Part shown: positions 36,853-45,508 of the stretch, one piece after another | How positions within the stretch are numbered: the first letter of the stretch is position 1 | Layout: the number at the start of each line of letters is the position of its first letter | Source: Patescibacteria group bacterium | GTDB taxonomy: Bacteria > Patescibacteriota > Doudnabacteria > UBA920 > VMFF01 | Assembly (NCBI GenBank): GCA_038065615.1 | Contig: JBBTQQ010000001.1 | Span: 25,577 to 71,084, forward strand | Reading direction: 5' to 3' | Length of the DNA: 45,508 nucleotides | Position numbers and translations under genes: made by a program | Notes under the pieces: generated by a model | The model's database searches: none | What the model was told of the DNA's origin: nothing | What the model saw: the letters and a program-made list of their open reading frames with translations, nothing else

Positions 36853-38190
36853 ATGAAATCACGTCCAAGGTACTCTTTAATTGCTAGCGGAATCCTCGCT
36901 TTCATAATCTTAACCCCTTTTATTGTACTTTTTGTCAGTGGCAAAAAGTACGACTTTAAAAATGGCCGTTTTGTTAAAACCGGAATCTTAGGCATCAAGA
37001 CAGAGCCAAAGAACGCTGGCATAACAATTAATGGTTCAACACACGGCACAACAAACCAAAACATTAGATTCTTAGAACCAGGTAATTATGAACTAAGCAT
37101 CAAAAAACAAGGGTACTTTGACTGGAACAAACGTTTAACTGTCAGATCACAGTTTGTTACTTGGAACTTTGAAAGTACGGACAACCTTTTTCTTTTCTAC
37201 TCAAACGCAGAAAAGCAAACGCTCTCTGAAAATGCTTTAGATTTCTTTGCTGGAGAAAAAAGAATTGCCTACCTTCAACAAGATAAAATAAGTTTTGCAG
37301 ATATCAGTAGTCCTGAAAAACAAACCTCTGTTAATTTTAAAGAGAACATCAAAGCAGGAAAAATCCTTTCAAGTCCTGATGAAAACTTCTTTTTAATAAA
37401 CAGCGGGGTTAACAACTTTGTTTTAGATACTAAAAACAATACGCTAACAGATATTACTGAATTAACCACAAAACAAGCTGCTTTTTCATCAAAAACGTCA
37501 TTCCAAGCATCAGAAAATACCTTTAAGTTTTCACCAGACAACAAACTATACCAGCTATTAGAAGGTTCAATATATCTTCTTGATCTGGACAAAAATGAAA
37601 AAGAGGTTGTTGTAGATAATGTGCTTGCTTTTGAAGTAAACTCTTCTGGAATATATTATATCAAACTCGCAGAATCTCTTCTGGGTATCAGAAGATCATT
37701 GGCTCACGCAAGCATGCCAAACTACACTGAAACAATTTTACTTGAAAACATTCCTCCGTTTGTTGATGCACAAATATATCTAACAGAAAACAACCAACTC
37801 TTTGTTTTAGGAAACAAGACGTTGTATGTTTTAAATGACGAGCTTGAAAAAATCGTTGAACACGTTGAAGAAGTTCAGATTGAGAATAATGAAGACATTT
37901 TCTTTAACACTGGAAATGAGATAGACAGATACAACATGGCTAGCAGAGAAACAAAACTAATTACAAGATCACTTCAAGAAATATCAAACATTTCAGGAAA
38001 CAGCGAAGTTGGTTGGATATTTTTCAAAAATGACAACCACTTACAAGCCATTGAATTAGACACCAGGGACTATCAAAACAATTATACTTTTGCAGAATTA
38101 AACAAAGAAGCTAAATTCTACATTGATTCTGACGCAAAAACAATTTTCTTGTTAAACAACGGGACAGTTAGTTTATTAAAGGTTAGATAA
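36853..38190 (+). CDS. PEGA-domain membrane-anchored protein
   Basis: N-terminal TM, then KTEPKNA.I.ING...LEPGNYELSIKKQGYFDW. Confidence 0.82.
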   Translation: MKSRPRYSLIASGILAFIILTPFIVLFVSGKKYDFKNGRFVKTGILGIKTEPKNAGITINGSTHGTTNQNIRFLEPGNYELSIKKQGYFDWNKRLTVRSQFVTWNFESTDNLFLFYSNAEKQTLSENALDFFAGEKRIAYLQQDKISFADISSPEKQTSVNFKENIKAGKILSSPDENFFLINSGVNNFVLDTKNNTLTDITELTTKQAAFSSKTSFQASENTFKFSPDNKLYQLLEGSIYLLDLDKNEKEVVVDNVLAFEVNSSGIYYIKLAESLLGIRRSLAHASMPNYTETILLENIPPFVDAQIYLTENNQLFVLGNKTLYVLNDELEKIVEHVEEVQIENNEDIFFNTGNEIDRYNMASRETKLITRSLQEISNISGNSEVGWIFFKNDNHLQAIELDTRDYQNNYTFAELNKEAKFYIDSDAKTIFLLNNGTVSLLKVR

Positions 38191-38197
38191 CAAACAA

Positions 38198-38232
38198 GGT
38201 CTTAAGTTCCCAGTTAAGGGAGACTTAAGACC
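38198..38232. terminator. Bidirectional stem-loop between convergent genes
   Basis: ggtcttaagt-tccc...ggga-g-acttaagacc. Confidence 0.75.
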
Positions 38233-38252
38233 GTTGTTGTTTGTTCTGTGCT

Positions 38253-38654
38253 TCAACGCACGAAGTAGGGGCCTCCGTAAGGTCCGTAGAGAGGAACACG
38301 CGGTGATGGCTTGCTAGGCTTTGTTACGCGCTGTAAAACGATTGACCTCTTAGTCCAGATCGCCCTCTGAAGCATCGACTGCTTGAGCTTCCCCTCCTTG
38401 TCATGACCTACGAAAACAACCGAGCATCCGTGATGGACCAGCGCACCGTCTTCGTAAAGACGGAAGCGCCTGCTCTGACCAGACCGCGGCTTGCAACCGC
38501 AAGGAAACTCTACACTCTCGTATATATCAAAATCACTGTAGTGCCGACGATCCTTTCCCCTGCGGTTGCGATACATGACCCCAAGCTCATCGATGTGGGT
38601 GAACACCACGCCCCAGAAACGACCAAACTGCCCTTCTTCGCTACGTACAAGCAT
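38253..38654 (-). CDS. GC-rich, basic orphan hypothetical protein
   Basis: GGAGG 7 nt before ATG 38654; contains CGC and HHGC. Confidence 0.65.
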   Translation of the reverse strand: MLVRSEEGQFGRFWGVVFTHIDELGVMYRNRRGKDRRHYSDFDIYESVEFPCGCKPRSGQSRRFRLYEDGALVHHGCSVVFVGHDKEGKLKQSMLQRAIWTKRSIVLQRVTKPSKPSPRVPLYGPYGGPYFVR

Positions 38655-38704
38655 TGTCAATCCTCCAATTGAGTCTTGAGATTGCGTCCCAAGTGCGCCG
38701 AACC

Positions 38705-38851
38705 AAAAACAAAAATCCCAGCATTGGCTCGCTGGGATAATCTTTTAAAAAGAATAGAAAATTACCGCAGCGAAACAACCCTGGAGTATGTAAAGTTATA
38801 CCAAAACTTTGGCATTCCGTTATTTACTGCTTGTAATTGATTAGAAATCAT
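38705..38851 (-). promoter_or_regulatory. Leader-peptide transcription attenuator
   Basis: uORF 38851-38762. Antiterminator 38761-38774 pairs 13/14 with 38728-38741. Terminator 38715-38738 has a U-tract. Confidence 0.65.
38762..38851 (-). CDS. Putative 29-aa leader peptide MISNQLQAVNNGMPKFWYNFTYSRVVSLR
   Basis: Hand-translated; lies between a TTGACG-17-TAATAT promoter (38889-38861) and a terminator. Confidence 0.5.
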   Translation of the reverse strand: MISNQLQAVNNGMPKFWYNFTYSRVVSLR

Positions 38852-38863
38852 AATGAAATAATA

Positions 38864-39307
38864 TTATACTTTTCCGACTGCTTCGTCAATAGCCTGATTA
38901 ACTAACTTGTCTGCTAAGACGTTTTTCTCTCTATGAACATGCGTAAAACTAACGTTCGTAAACTTATGCGTTAATATAAAAATCTCTGAAACCAATGGTT
39001 TTAAAGACTCTTCTCTAACCTTGTACAAACCATTTAACTGTTTAACCACGAGTTCGCTGTCTAAATAGCAAAGGACAACTTTCTTACCAATTTCCGATGC
39101 TCGCTGTAACGCCTTTATCAAAGCAGTGTATTCAGCAAAGTTGTTAGTTTGTTCTCCAATGTATTCTTTAAGAATTTCAAGCTCTAATCTTTTGCCTGCC
39201 TCATCTTCCAAGTAAAAAACAGCGCCAATACCTGCAGGACCCGGGTTACCTCTGGCTCCACCATCTGTGTATATAACTAAATGGGTTGGTTCTTCTGTGA
39301 TGTTCAT
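38864..39307 (-). CDS. rnhA: Ribonuclease HI
   Basis: YTDGGARGNPGPAG, TNNFAEY, DSELVVKQ, REKN..AD. Confidence 0.93.
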   Translation of the reverse strand: MNITEEPTHLVIYTDGGARGNPGPAGIGAVFYLEDEAGKRLELEILKEYIGEQTNNFAEYTALIKALQRASEIGKKVVLCYLDSELVVKQLNGLYKVREESLKPLVSEIFILTHKFTNVSFTHVHREKNVLADKLVNQAIDEAVGKV

Positions 39308-40974
39308 ATTCTTTTTTTGTAATCAATTATTCTTAATTTAACATTACTTAAACCATTCCACTCGTCCTTTATCATCTCAAAAACAATATCAATCTTTTGC
39401 CCAGGAAGCAAATCAGATGCTGATTTTCCAAACCCAAAAGCAATTGCTTTCAAGAGTTTCCCTGTTTCAGAAACTAAGCTTAACTGCAGATGTTTTTGCT
39501 CTTTACCAACTAATTTCTGATCTTTAATGACAAGGTCTGAAAGCAAAAGTTTAGGCTTTAGGTTATCAACACCAAAGGGTTCAAAAGCTTCAAGCATTTC
39601 CGCGTTCTTTAAATTAACATCCTCTGCTTTAATTTCTGCTTCAATATCAATCTCTTTAGAAAGATCTTCTGTATTCAAGTTCTGATCCGCAAAATCTAAA
39701 AGATTTTTGTAAAATACATCAATATGTTCGGTTTTAACCGTAAACCCTGCTGCTGCTGCGTGTCCTCCAAACTTAACTAAGTGCTCGGATGAAAATTTCA
39801 ATGCCTCAACAATATTAAAGTTAGCAACGCTTCTTGCAGAACCAGTGCTTTCTGTTTCCCCTCGTTCCATAACTAAAACAGGTTTACCAAACTCTTCGGT
39901 AAGTTTTCCAGCAACTAAACCAACAACGCCTTTTGGCCAGTTTGCTCCCGAAGCAAGCAATATTTTTCGCTCTGAAACTAAAAGCAATTGCTCACGAGCT
40001 TCTGAAATGACAACTTCAGTAATCTTTTGTCTTTTTGTATTTAAGGCTTCAAGATTTTTAGCAGCCTCTTCTGCTTCTGAATATTCATTTGCAATCAAAA
40101 GATCAAAAGCCGAAGACGCGTGCTCTATTCTTCCAGCCGCGTTAATACGAGGAGCGATAATGAAACCTAAAGTATACGTATCTAAATTTTTAGAAGTCAT
40201 TCCAGCAAGTTGCAACAAAAGTCTTAATCCTAGCCACTTAGTTTTTTGCAAGACCTTTAAACCAAACTTAACTAACAGTCTGTTTTCTCCAATCAAGGAA
40301 TGACAATCAGCAACTGTTCCAATTGCCACTAAATCCAACAACCATTTTTCCCAACCAGGAGTAAGATTGTGTTTTCCTTTTTTTGAAAGCACAGCGCAAG
40401 CAAGCTTAAAAGCAACACCAACTCCAACGAGTTCGTGGTATGGATATTTTTCTTTTGGATTTTTTGGATTGATCAAAGCAAAAGCATCCGGCACTTCCCC
40501 AGTTATCTCATGATGATCCGTAATTATTAAATCTATGTTGTTTGCTTTACAAAACTCAGCTTCCGCAATTGAGTTTGTTCCGCAGTCAACAGTAATAACT
40601 AGATCAACTCCCCCTTCCTTTATCTTCTCAAAAGCATCTAAGTTTAAACCATAGCCTTCTGAGAAACGATCAGGGATATATGTACCTACATTAACTCCTA
40701 GTGCTTCAAACATTCTAAACAAAACCGCGTTTGCGGTTATTGCATCAGCATCATAATCGCTGTACACTAAAATCTTTTCTTTTTTTTCAATTGCCTGCCA
40801 GATACGATCAACTGCTTTACGCATTTCTAAAAAAAGAAAGGGATCATTTAATTGATCATATTCAGGGCTTAAAAAAGCTGATATTTCCTTTTCCCCGAAA
40901 ATACCACGATTTGCTAAAAGCTGGGCAAAAAGGTCTTTTTCTGTTTGTTTCTTAAGTTTCCATGAGCGATTCAT
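39304..40974 (-). CDS. recJ: ssDNA exonuclease RecJ
   Basis: DYDAD, PDRFSEGYG, TVDCG, TDHH, PRINAAGR, GSARS, GGH; start at ATG 40974. Confidence 0.96.
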   Translation of the reverse strand: MNRSWKLKKQTEKDLFAQLLANRGIFGEKEISAFLSPEYDQLNDPFLFLEMRKAVDRIWQAIEKKEKILVYSDYDADAITANAVLFRMFEALGVNVGTYIPDRFSEGYGLNLDAFEKIKEGGVDLVITVDCGTNSIAEAEFCKANNIDLIITDHHEITGEVPDAFALINPKNPKEKYPYHELVGVGVAFKLACAVLSKKGKHNLTPGWEKWLLDLVAIGTVADCHSLIGENRLLVKFGLKVLQKTKWLGLRLLLQLAGMTSKNLDTYTLGFIIAPRINAAGRIEHASSAFDLLIANEYSEAEEAAKNLEALNTKRQKITEVVISEAREQLLLVSERKILLASGANWPKGVVGLVAGKLTEEFGKPVLVMERGETESTGSARSVANFNIVEALKFSSEHLVKFGGHAAAAGFTVKTEHIDVFYKNLLDFADQNLNTEDLSKEIDIEAEIKAEDVNLKNAEMLEAFEPFGVDNLKPKLLLSDLVIKDQKLVGKEQKHLQLSLVSETGKLLKAIAFGFGKSASDLLPGQKIDIVFEMIKDEWNGLSNVKLRIIDYKKRI

Positions 40975-41017
40975 ATTTTCATTGTAGCATACCAAAAGAT
41001 CGTTTTTAGAAAAGGCG

Positions 41018-41049
41018 GAACCGCGTTTCGACAAACAAAACGCGGCTCC
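41018..41049 (-). terminator. Terminator after 41090-41674
   Basis: GGAGCCGCGTTT...AAACGCGGTTCC followed by GCCTTTT. Confidence 0.65.
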
Positions 41050-41089
41050 AGCTTCGGGCACAAGGCCCAGAATCTTGATGACATCAGCG

Positions 41090-41674
41090 CTAACGACCAC
41101 GTCGGAGAACAAGGAAACGCTCTCCAGTAGCGAACCGGGCTTCGAGGAAGAACTGGCGCACAATCATCTTGTGCAAACCCTGCCAATTCAGAAAGGTCAT
41201 GCCCCATAGCTTGCCCATGGCCGCGAACAGCACGTTGATTGGAGCAACCATGTAAACTTCTGGGTACCTCGCAGCGTAGCGCAACGCTGTCAATGGAGAA
41301 GCAAAGGCTTCAAGCGGATACTCCTCGAGAATCTGATGAACCGAACGAAGAATACCGTTTGGAGCTAGACCCACGTCGTCGAGTGACTGCTCGTTGATGG
41401 GAAAATCCGCATACTGCAGATTGGACGACCCAGCAACGATCTTGAACTTGCAGTCTTCGATCGCCGCTGGGATGATGCGCTCAGCGAGGAACCGAGTCGT
41501 CAGCAAGTCGAAAGCGTCTCGGTATTCCTCACAGGCATCAGCCAGAACGGTGGCATGAAGCGGTGTGAGTCCTTCAAGCCTTGGCTCCAATGCCTCATGC
41601 CGAACCAGTCCAAGATGGCAAACCTTTACTGACCCGTGCGAAGACGGAACATCAGACGAAACCGCGAGTGTCAT
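41090..41674 (-). CDS. GC-rich hypothetical protein with DGR-target-like C-terminus
   Basis: GAGGAGG SD; ...ASPLTALRYAARYPE...PI...RF...ERFLVLR end; carries the shared leader motif. Confidence 0.7.
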   Translation of the reverse strand: MTLAVSSDVPSSHGSVKVCHLGLVRHEALEPRLEGLTPLHATVLADACEEYRDAFDLLTTRFLAERIIPAAIEDCKFKIVAGSSNLQYADFPINEQSLDDVGLAPNGILRSVHQILEEYPLEAFASPLTALRYAARYPEVYMVAPINVLFAAMGKLWGMTFLNWQGLHKMIVRQFFLEARFATGERFLVLRRGR

Positions 41675-41708
41675 CGTAAATCCTCCTCAAGGTTGCCGAG
41701 TCTAAACC

Positions 41709-41743
41709 GAAATACTCTGCTCTCTGTGAGCTAAGAGTTCCAA
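41709..41743 (-). promoter_or_regulatory. Shared 5' leader hairpin, copy B
   Basis: TTGGAA CTCT TA GCTC ACAGA GAGC AGAG TATTTC. Confidence 0.7.
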
Positions 41744-41782
41744 GCATAGACATAAATCTATACCTAAAACCATGAGCCCAGC

Positions 41783-43417
41783 TTAACTCCCTAACATGTT
41801 ACTAACTTTTTTCAAAATCTCTTCTTCTAAAACAGGAATCAAGCTAATTCCTGTCATCTGTTCTGGTTTTGGTATTCCAAAGAGTTCAAGAATCGTTGGT
41901 GCAATATCTGAAAGCGCTCCTTCTGGCATAAGACCAGCGAGCGTGTCGTAGTCTATCTGCTCTGGTTTTGATCTTTTAAATTCATTAGCAATCAAAACAA
42001 AGGGGACTGGGGATGTTGTGTGGTCCTTATTTATCTCCCCTGTGTTGTTATTTATCATCAATTCAGCATTGCCATGATCTGCTGTGATTATCAAAGCTCC
42101 TTGCAGTGGTAAAATTGCGGCCGCAATTTTACCAATCTCTTCATCAATTGCTTTAATAGCGTCGATTGCTGAGTTTAAGTTTCCAGTGTGTCCTACCATA
42201 TCCGCATTAGCAAAGTTCACGACATAAAAACTATCATCCCCGTGATTTATACGATCTACTAAGGTGTCAGTAAGTTTAGCAACAGACATTTCGGGTCTGT
42301 CTGAATAGTTGCTTGTGTTATCAGGGCTTGAAATTATACTTCTCTCTTCTCCTGGAAGCGGATCCATTTTTCCACCATTAAAAAATGATGTTACGTGCGC
42401 AAACTTTTCGCTCTCCGCGGCATGGAATTGTTTTAATCCTGCTTTAGAAATTAAGCTTGCAATGTCATTGTCAATCTCAATTGGTCCATAAGCAACATCT
42501 GCTTTCAAGTCCGGCATGTATGAAGTCATTGTTACGAAGCAAAGATTTTCTAAAGGTTGATGTTTTTGTGGTATATCCATTTTTTCAGGAGCAACAAAAG
42601 CAACTGTTAACTGCATTGCACGATCTTGTCTAAAGTTAAAGAATATTACAGCATCATTATTCTCAATTTTCGCAACAGGTCTATCTCCTTCTGTGATGAC
42701 GGTTGGTTTAATCATCTCATCAAATATACCTTTAACATAATTTGTAGCTACTGCTTCCATTGGACTGATCGATCTCTCCCCAACGCCATTAACCATTGCT
42801 TGATATGCCATTTCTGTTTGCTGCCAATGTCCGCCTCTATCCATTGCGTAAAATCTTCCACAAATTGTCGAAATTTTTCCAACACCAATCTGAGCAACCT
42901 TGTTATGCAGCTTTTCAAGACTTGCTAGAGCAACCTTTTGTTCTGTGTCTCTGCCATCTGTAATCATGTGAATATACGTGTTTTGAATACCCTGCTCTGC
43001 GGCTAAACCAAGCAACGCATAAAGATGTTCATCGTAACTATGAACTCCACCAGGACTAACCATTCCAAGAAGATGTAGTTTAGAGTTGTTTTTCTTAACA
43101 TGCTCGCATGCTTTTAAGAACATTGGATTTTTAAAAAACTCTCCGCTTTGAATGCTTGCCGTAATACGAGGCAAGTCTTGAGCAACAATCCTGCCTGCTC
43201 CGATATTTAAATGTCCAACCTCTGAGTTCCCCATTTCTCCCCAAGGCAAACCAACTAAAGGCCCTGATGCCTGCAAGGTTATTGCTGGATAGTTCGCAAG
43301 GAGGTTGTTTAAGCGCGCTGGGTTTGCTTGAGAAATCGCATTTCCTCTTGATTTAGAAGCAACACCAAAACCATCTAGTACCAGAAGAACTATTTTTTTG
43401 TAATGTGGTATTTCCAT
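41783..43417 (-). CDS. gpmI: 2,3-bisphosphoglycerate-independent phosphoglycerate mutase
   Basis: LDGFG, MGNSEVGH, DGRD, GRFYAMDR, DMVGHTG, TADHGNAE. Confidence 0.97.
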   Translation of the reverse strand: MEIPHYKKIVLLVLDGFGVASKSRGNAISQANPARLNNLLANYPAITLQASGPLVGLPWGEMGNSEVGHLNIGAGRIVAQDLPRITASIQSGEFFKNPMFLKACEHVKKNNSKLHLLGMVSPGGVHSYDEHLYALLGLAAEQGIQNTYIHMITDGRDTEQKVALASLEKLHNKVAQIGVGKISTICGRFYAMDRGGHWQQTEMAYQAMVNGVGERSISPMEAVATNYVKGIFDEMIKPTVITEGDRPVAKIENNDAVIFFNFRQDRAMQLTVAFVAPEKMDIPQKHQPLENLCFVTMTSYMPDLKADVAYGPIEIDNDIASLISKAGLKQFHAAESEKFAHVTSFFNGGKMDPLPGEERSIISSPDNTSNYSDRPEMSVAKLTDTLVDRINHGDDSFYVVNFANADMVGHTGNLNSAIDAIKAIDEEIGKIAAAILPLQGALIITADHGNAELMINNNTGEINKDHTTSPVPFVLIANEFKRSKPEQIDYDTLAGLMPEGALSDIAPTILELFGIPKPEQMTGISLIPVLEEEILKKVSNMLGS

Positions 43418-43425
43418 ATGTTCCG

Positions 43426-44637
43426 TTATTCTAACGCTTTCAATCCAGGAAGATTTTCACCTGCCAGGAAATCTAATGTTGCGCCCCCTGCTGTTGAAAC
43501 AAAATCAATCTGGTCTAATACTTTAGCTTTGTTTAATGCATCTAGTGTATCACCACCACCAACAACTCCATACGCATAACCATTGCAGCGGACAGCGAAT
43601 ATTAAGGCGAGACTCATTGTCCCATGCGAAAATTGCTTTTCTTCAAACAAACCCATTGGTCCATTCCAAACCATTTTTTTTGACTCTTTAACAATCTTTG
43701 AAAAAAGCAGAGTTGTTTGTGGTCCAATATCTAAGATTGCTTCATCTTTTGAAACTTGATCTGGTTTACAAACTCGTGCTTGACTGTGATCCTTTGCTTT
43801 TGCAACAACAACATCAACAGGTAAAACAAGTTTTTGTTTGTAATTGCGCATTAAATCTGTTGCAACATCAATCTCTTCTTTTTCACAAAGAGATCCTCCA
43901 ATCTCAAAACCTTGGCTTAAGAAAAAAAGATTTGCAGGACCACCACCAACAAGAACATGCTCTGCGCTCTTCCCCAGGTTTTTTATGGCACCAATTTTGT
44001 CGGAAATCTTTGCTCCACCAATAATTACAGTAAATGGATTTGCTTTTAGCGTTAAAAGTTTGTTTAGAGCATTCAATTCTTTTTCAACATTTAAACCGGC
44101 AAAACTTGGTAAGTATTTGGGGATGAGTGAAACAGACGTTTCGTTCCTGTGCATCATTGAAAAAGCATCGTTAACAAATATTTCTCCTAAACCTGAAAGG
44201 TGTTTTGCAAACACTGGACTTGGTTCTTCCTCCTGTTTGTAGAAACGAATGTTTTCTAGAATTACAATGTTTTTTTGAGAAAGTCTTTTAATAATATCAA
44301 CAGCTCCGTCTTTGGTTATATCTCCTTCAAAAAAAACCACTTCATTAAAATACTGATCTGAATATTCTTTTGTAGAAACAAAGTTTTTAGAAAGCAACTT
44401 TGCAAGATATTCTGCAATTGGTTTTAAAGTGTATTCTTCTTGCCAACCTTTTGGTCTTCCGTTTTTTGAAACAACAACAATCTTAGCTCCCTGATCTGTT
44501 AGGTACTTAATCGTTGGTACAGAAGTCTTGATTCTTGTATCATCCAGGATTTTGTTTCCTTCTCTGGGCGCGTCTAAATCAGCCCGCAAGAGCACGGTTT
44601 TCCCCGAAAAATTCTGTTGGGAGCTTAAAAACTTCAT
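43426..44637 (-). CDS. pgk: Phosphoglycerate kinase
   Basis: DDTRI, LENIRF, NDAF, GGAKISDKI, DIGP, WNGPMG, GGGDT. Confidence 0.96.
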   Translation of the reverse strand: MKFLSSQQNFSGKTVLLRADLDAPREGNKILDDTRIKTSVPTIKYLTDQGAKIVVVSKNGRPKGWQEEYTLKPIAEYLAKLLSKNFVSTKEYSDQYFNEVVFFEGDITKDGAVDIIKRLSQKNIVILENIRFYKQEEEPSPVFAKHLSGLGEIFVNDAFSMMHRNETSVSLIPKYLPSFAGLNVEKELNALNKLLTLKANPFTVIIGGAKISDKIGAIKNLGKSAEHVLVGGGPANLFFLSQGFEIGGSLCEKEEIDVATDLMRNYKQKLVLPVDVVVAKAKDHSQARVCKPDQVSKDEAILDIGPQTTLLFSKIVKESKKMVWNGPMGLFEEKQFSHGTMSLALIFAVRCNGYAYGVVGGGDTLDALNKAKVLDQIDFVSTAGGATLDFLAGENLPGLKALE

Positions 44638-44641
44638 CCCG

Positions 44642-45508
44642 TTATTTCCCCACAACCATGATCACTTCTTCGACTAAACGGTTGGAATACCCGAATTCAT
44701 TGTCATACCAGGCAACAACCTTCACAAAGTCCCCATCAATAACCTCTGTAAGCCCTAAATCTACGATTGCAGAGCTTGGATTGCCAACTATGTCAGAAGA
44801 GACCAAAGGCGCATTAGAGACACTTAAAATGCCTTTAAAACGGCTTGTTTTAGAAGCATCTATAAAGGTCTGGTTTAACTCTTCTTTGGTTGTTTTTTTC
44901 TCCAGTAAAGCAACGAAATCTGAAAGAGACCCAACTGCTGTTGGAACACGTATTGAAAGACCGTGGAATAGTCCTTTAAGGTTTGGGATTGCTTCTGTTG
45001 CAGCAATGGTTGCTCCTGTTGATGTTGGAACAATGTTTTGTGCTGCTGCTCTTGCTCTTCTAAGATCTGTCGAGTGTCCACCAGGAGGAGGACCATCAAC
45101 AAGGTTTTGTTCTGCTGTGTATGAATGAATTGTTGTCATCATTATTTTCTTAATCCCAAACTTTTCTTCTAGAATCTGAGCAACTGGAGTAATACAGTTT
45201 GTTGTGCAAGAAGCATTTGAAATTATTGGTTCACCTTTGTAATCTTTATCATTCACTGAAAGAACAAAGGTCTTTGTTTCACCCTCATCTTTTGCTGGAG
45301 ATGATATTACGACTTTTTTTGCTCCAGCTTTAATGTGTGCGCCTGCTGTTTCTGCGCTGTTAAATCTTCCTGTTGATTCTATGACAACATCAACTTTCAT
45401 CTTGCTCCAAGGAAGTTTCCCTGGGTCTTTTTCTGAAAGAACAAGAATCTTTTTTCCATCAACAATAATATGTTTTTCATCAGAACTTACGTCTTTGCTG
45501 TATATGCC
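44642..45508 (-). CDS. gap: Glyceraldehyde-3-phosphate dehydrogenase, 5' part outside window
   Basis: ESTGRF, SNASCTTNC, PTSTGA, RVPT, WYDNEFGYS. Confidence 0.97.
   Translation of the reverse strand, partial: GIYSKDVSSDEKHIIVDGKKILVLSEKDPGKLPWSKMKVDVVIESTGRFNSAETAGAHIKAGAKKVVISSPAKDEGETKTFVLSVNDKDYKGEPIISNASCTTNCITPVAQILEEKFGIKKIMMTTIHSYTAEQNLVDGPPPGGHSTDLRRARAAAQNIVPTSTGATIAATEAIPNLKGLFHGLSIRVPTAVGSLSDFVALLEKKTTKEELNQTFIDASKTSRFKGILSVSNAPLVSSDIVGNPSSAIVDLGLTEVIDGDFVKVVAWYDNEFGYSNRLVEEVIMVVGK

Noticed and set aside
40975-41163. 63-aa N-terminal extension of RecJ
   Set aside because: It overlaps another gene and a terminator; RecJ-like sequence and a promoter fit ATG 40974.

Overview
AT-rich bacterial chromosome segment whose gene content and style suggest Patescibacteria/CPR (inference). 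Most of it is housekeeping: dnaB, recR, rplU, pyrH, serS, lysS, greA, folD, pbp2-mreD-mreC, two mreB, proS, rseP, frr, holB, murA, rnhA, recJ and gpmI-pgk-gap, plus envelope glycosyltransferases and secreted proteins. The main accessory feature is a complete diversity-generating retroelement (DGR) at about 8978-11660. It has an RT (-), an avd gene inverted on the + strand between TR and RT, a 117-bp TR, and a target whose VR differs at 20 positions (19 at TR adenines) and is followed by a GAAA-loop hairpin. RT and avd share one CATG start site next to a C10/G10 tract that could act as a slippage switch. Two distant GC-rich genes (17161-17802, 41090-41674) resemble DGR targets but do not match this TR. 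They share a near-identical 5' leader hairpin, and a diverged copy lies upstream of the DGR target. Also present: a DUF3800-like pseudogene facing a candidate structured small RNA, a leader-peptide attenuator upstream of an orphan gene, and several apparently leaderless host genes. All alignments were done by eye.
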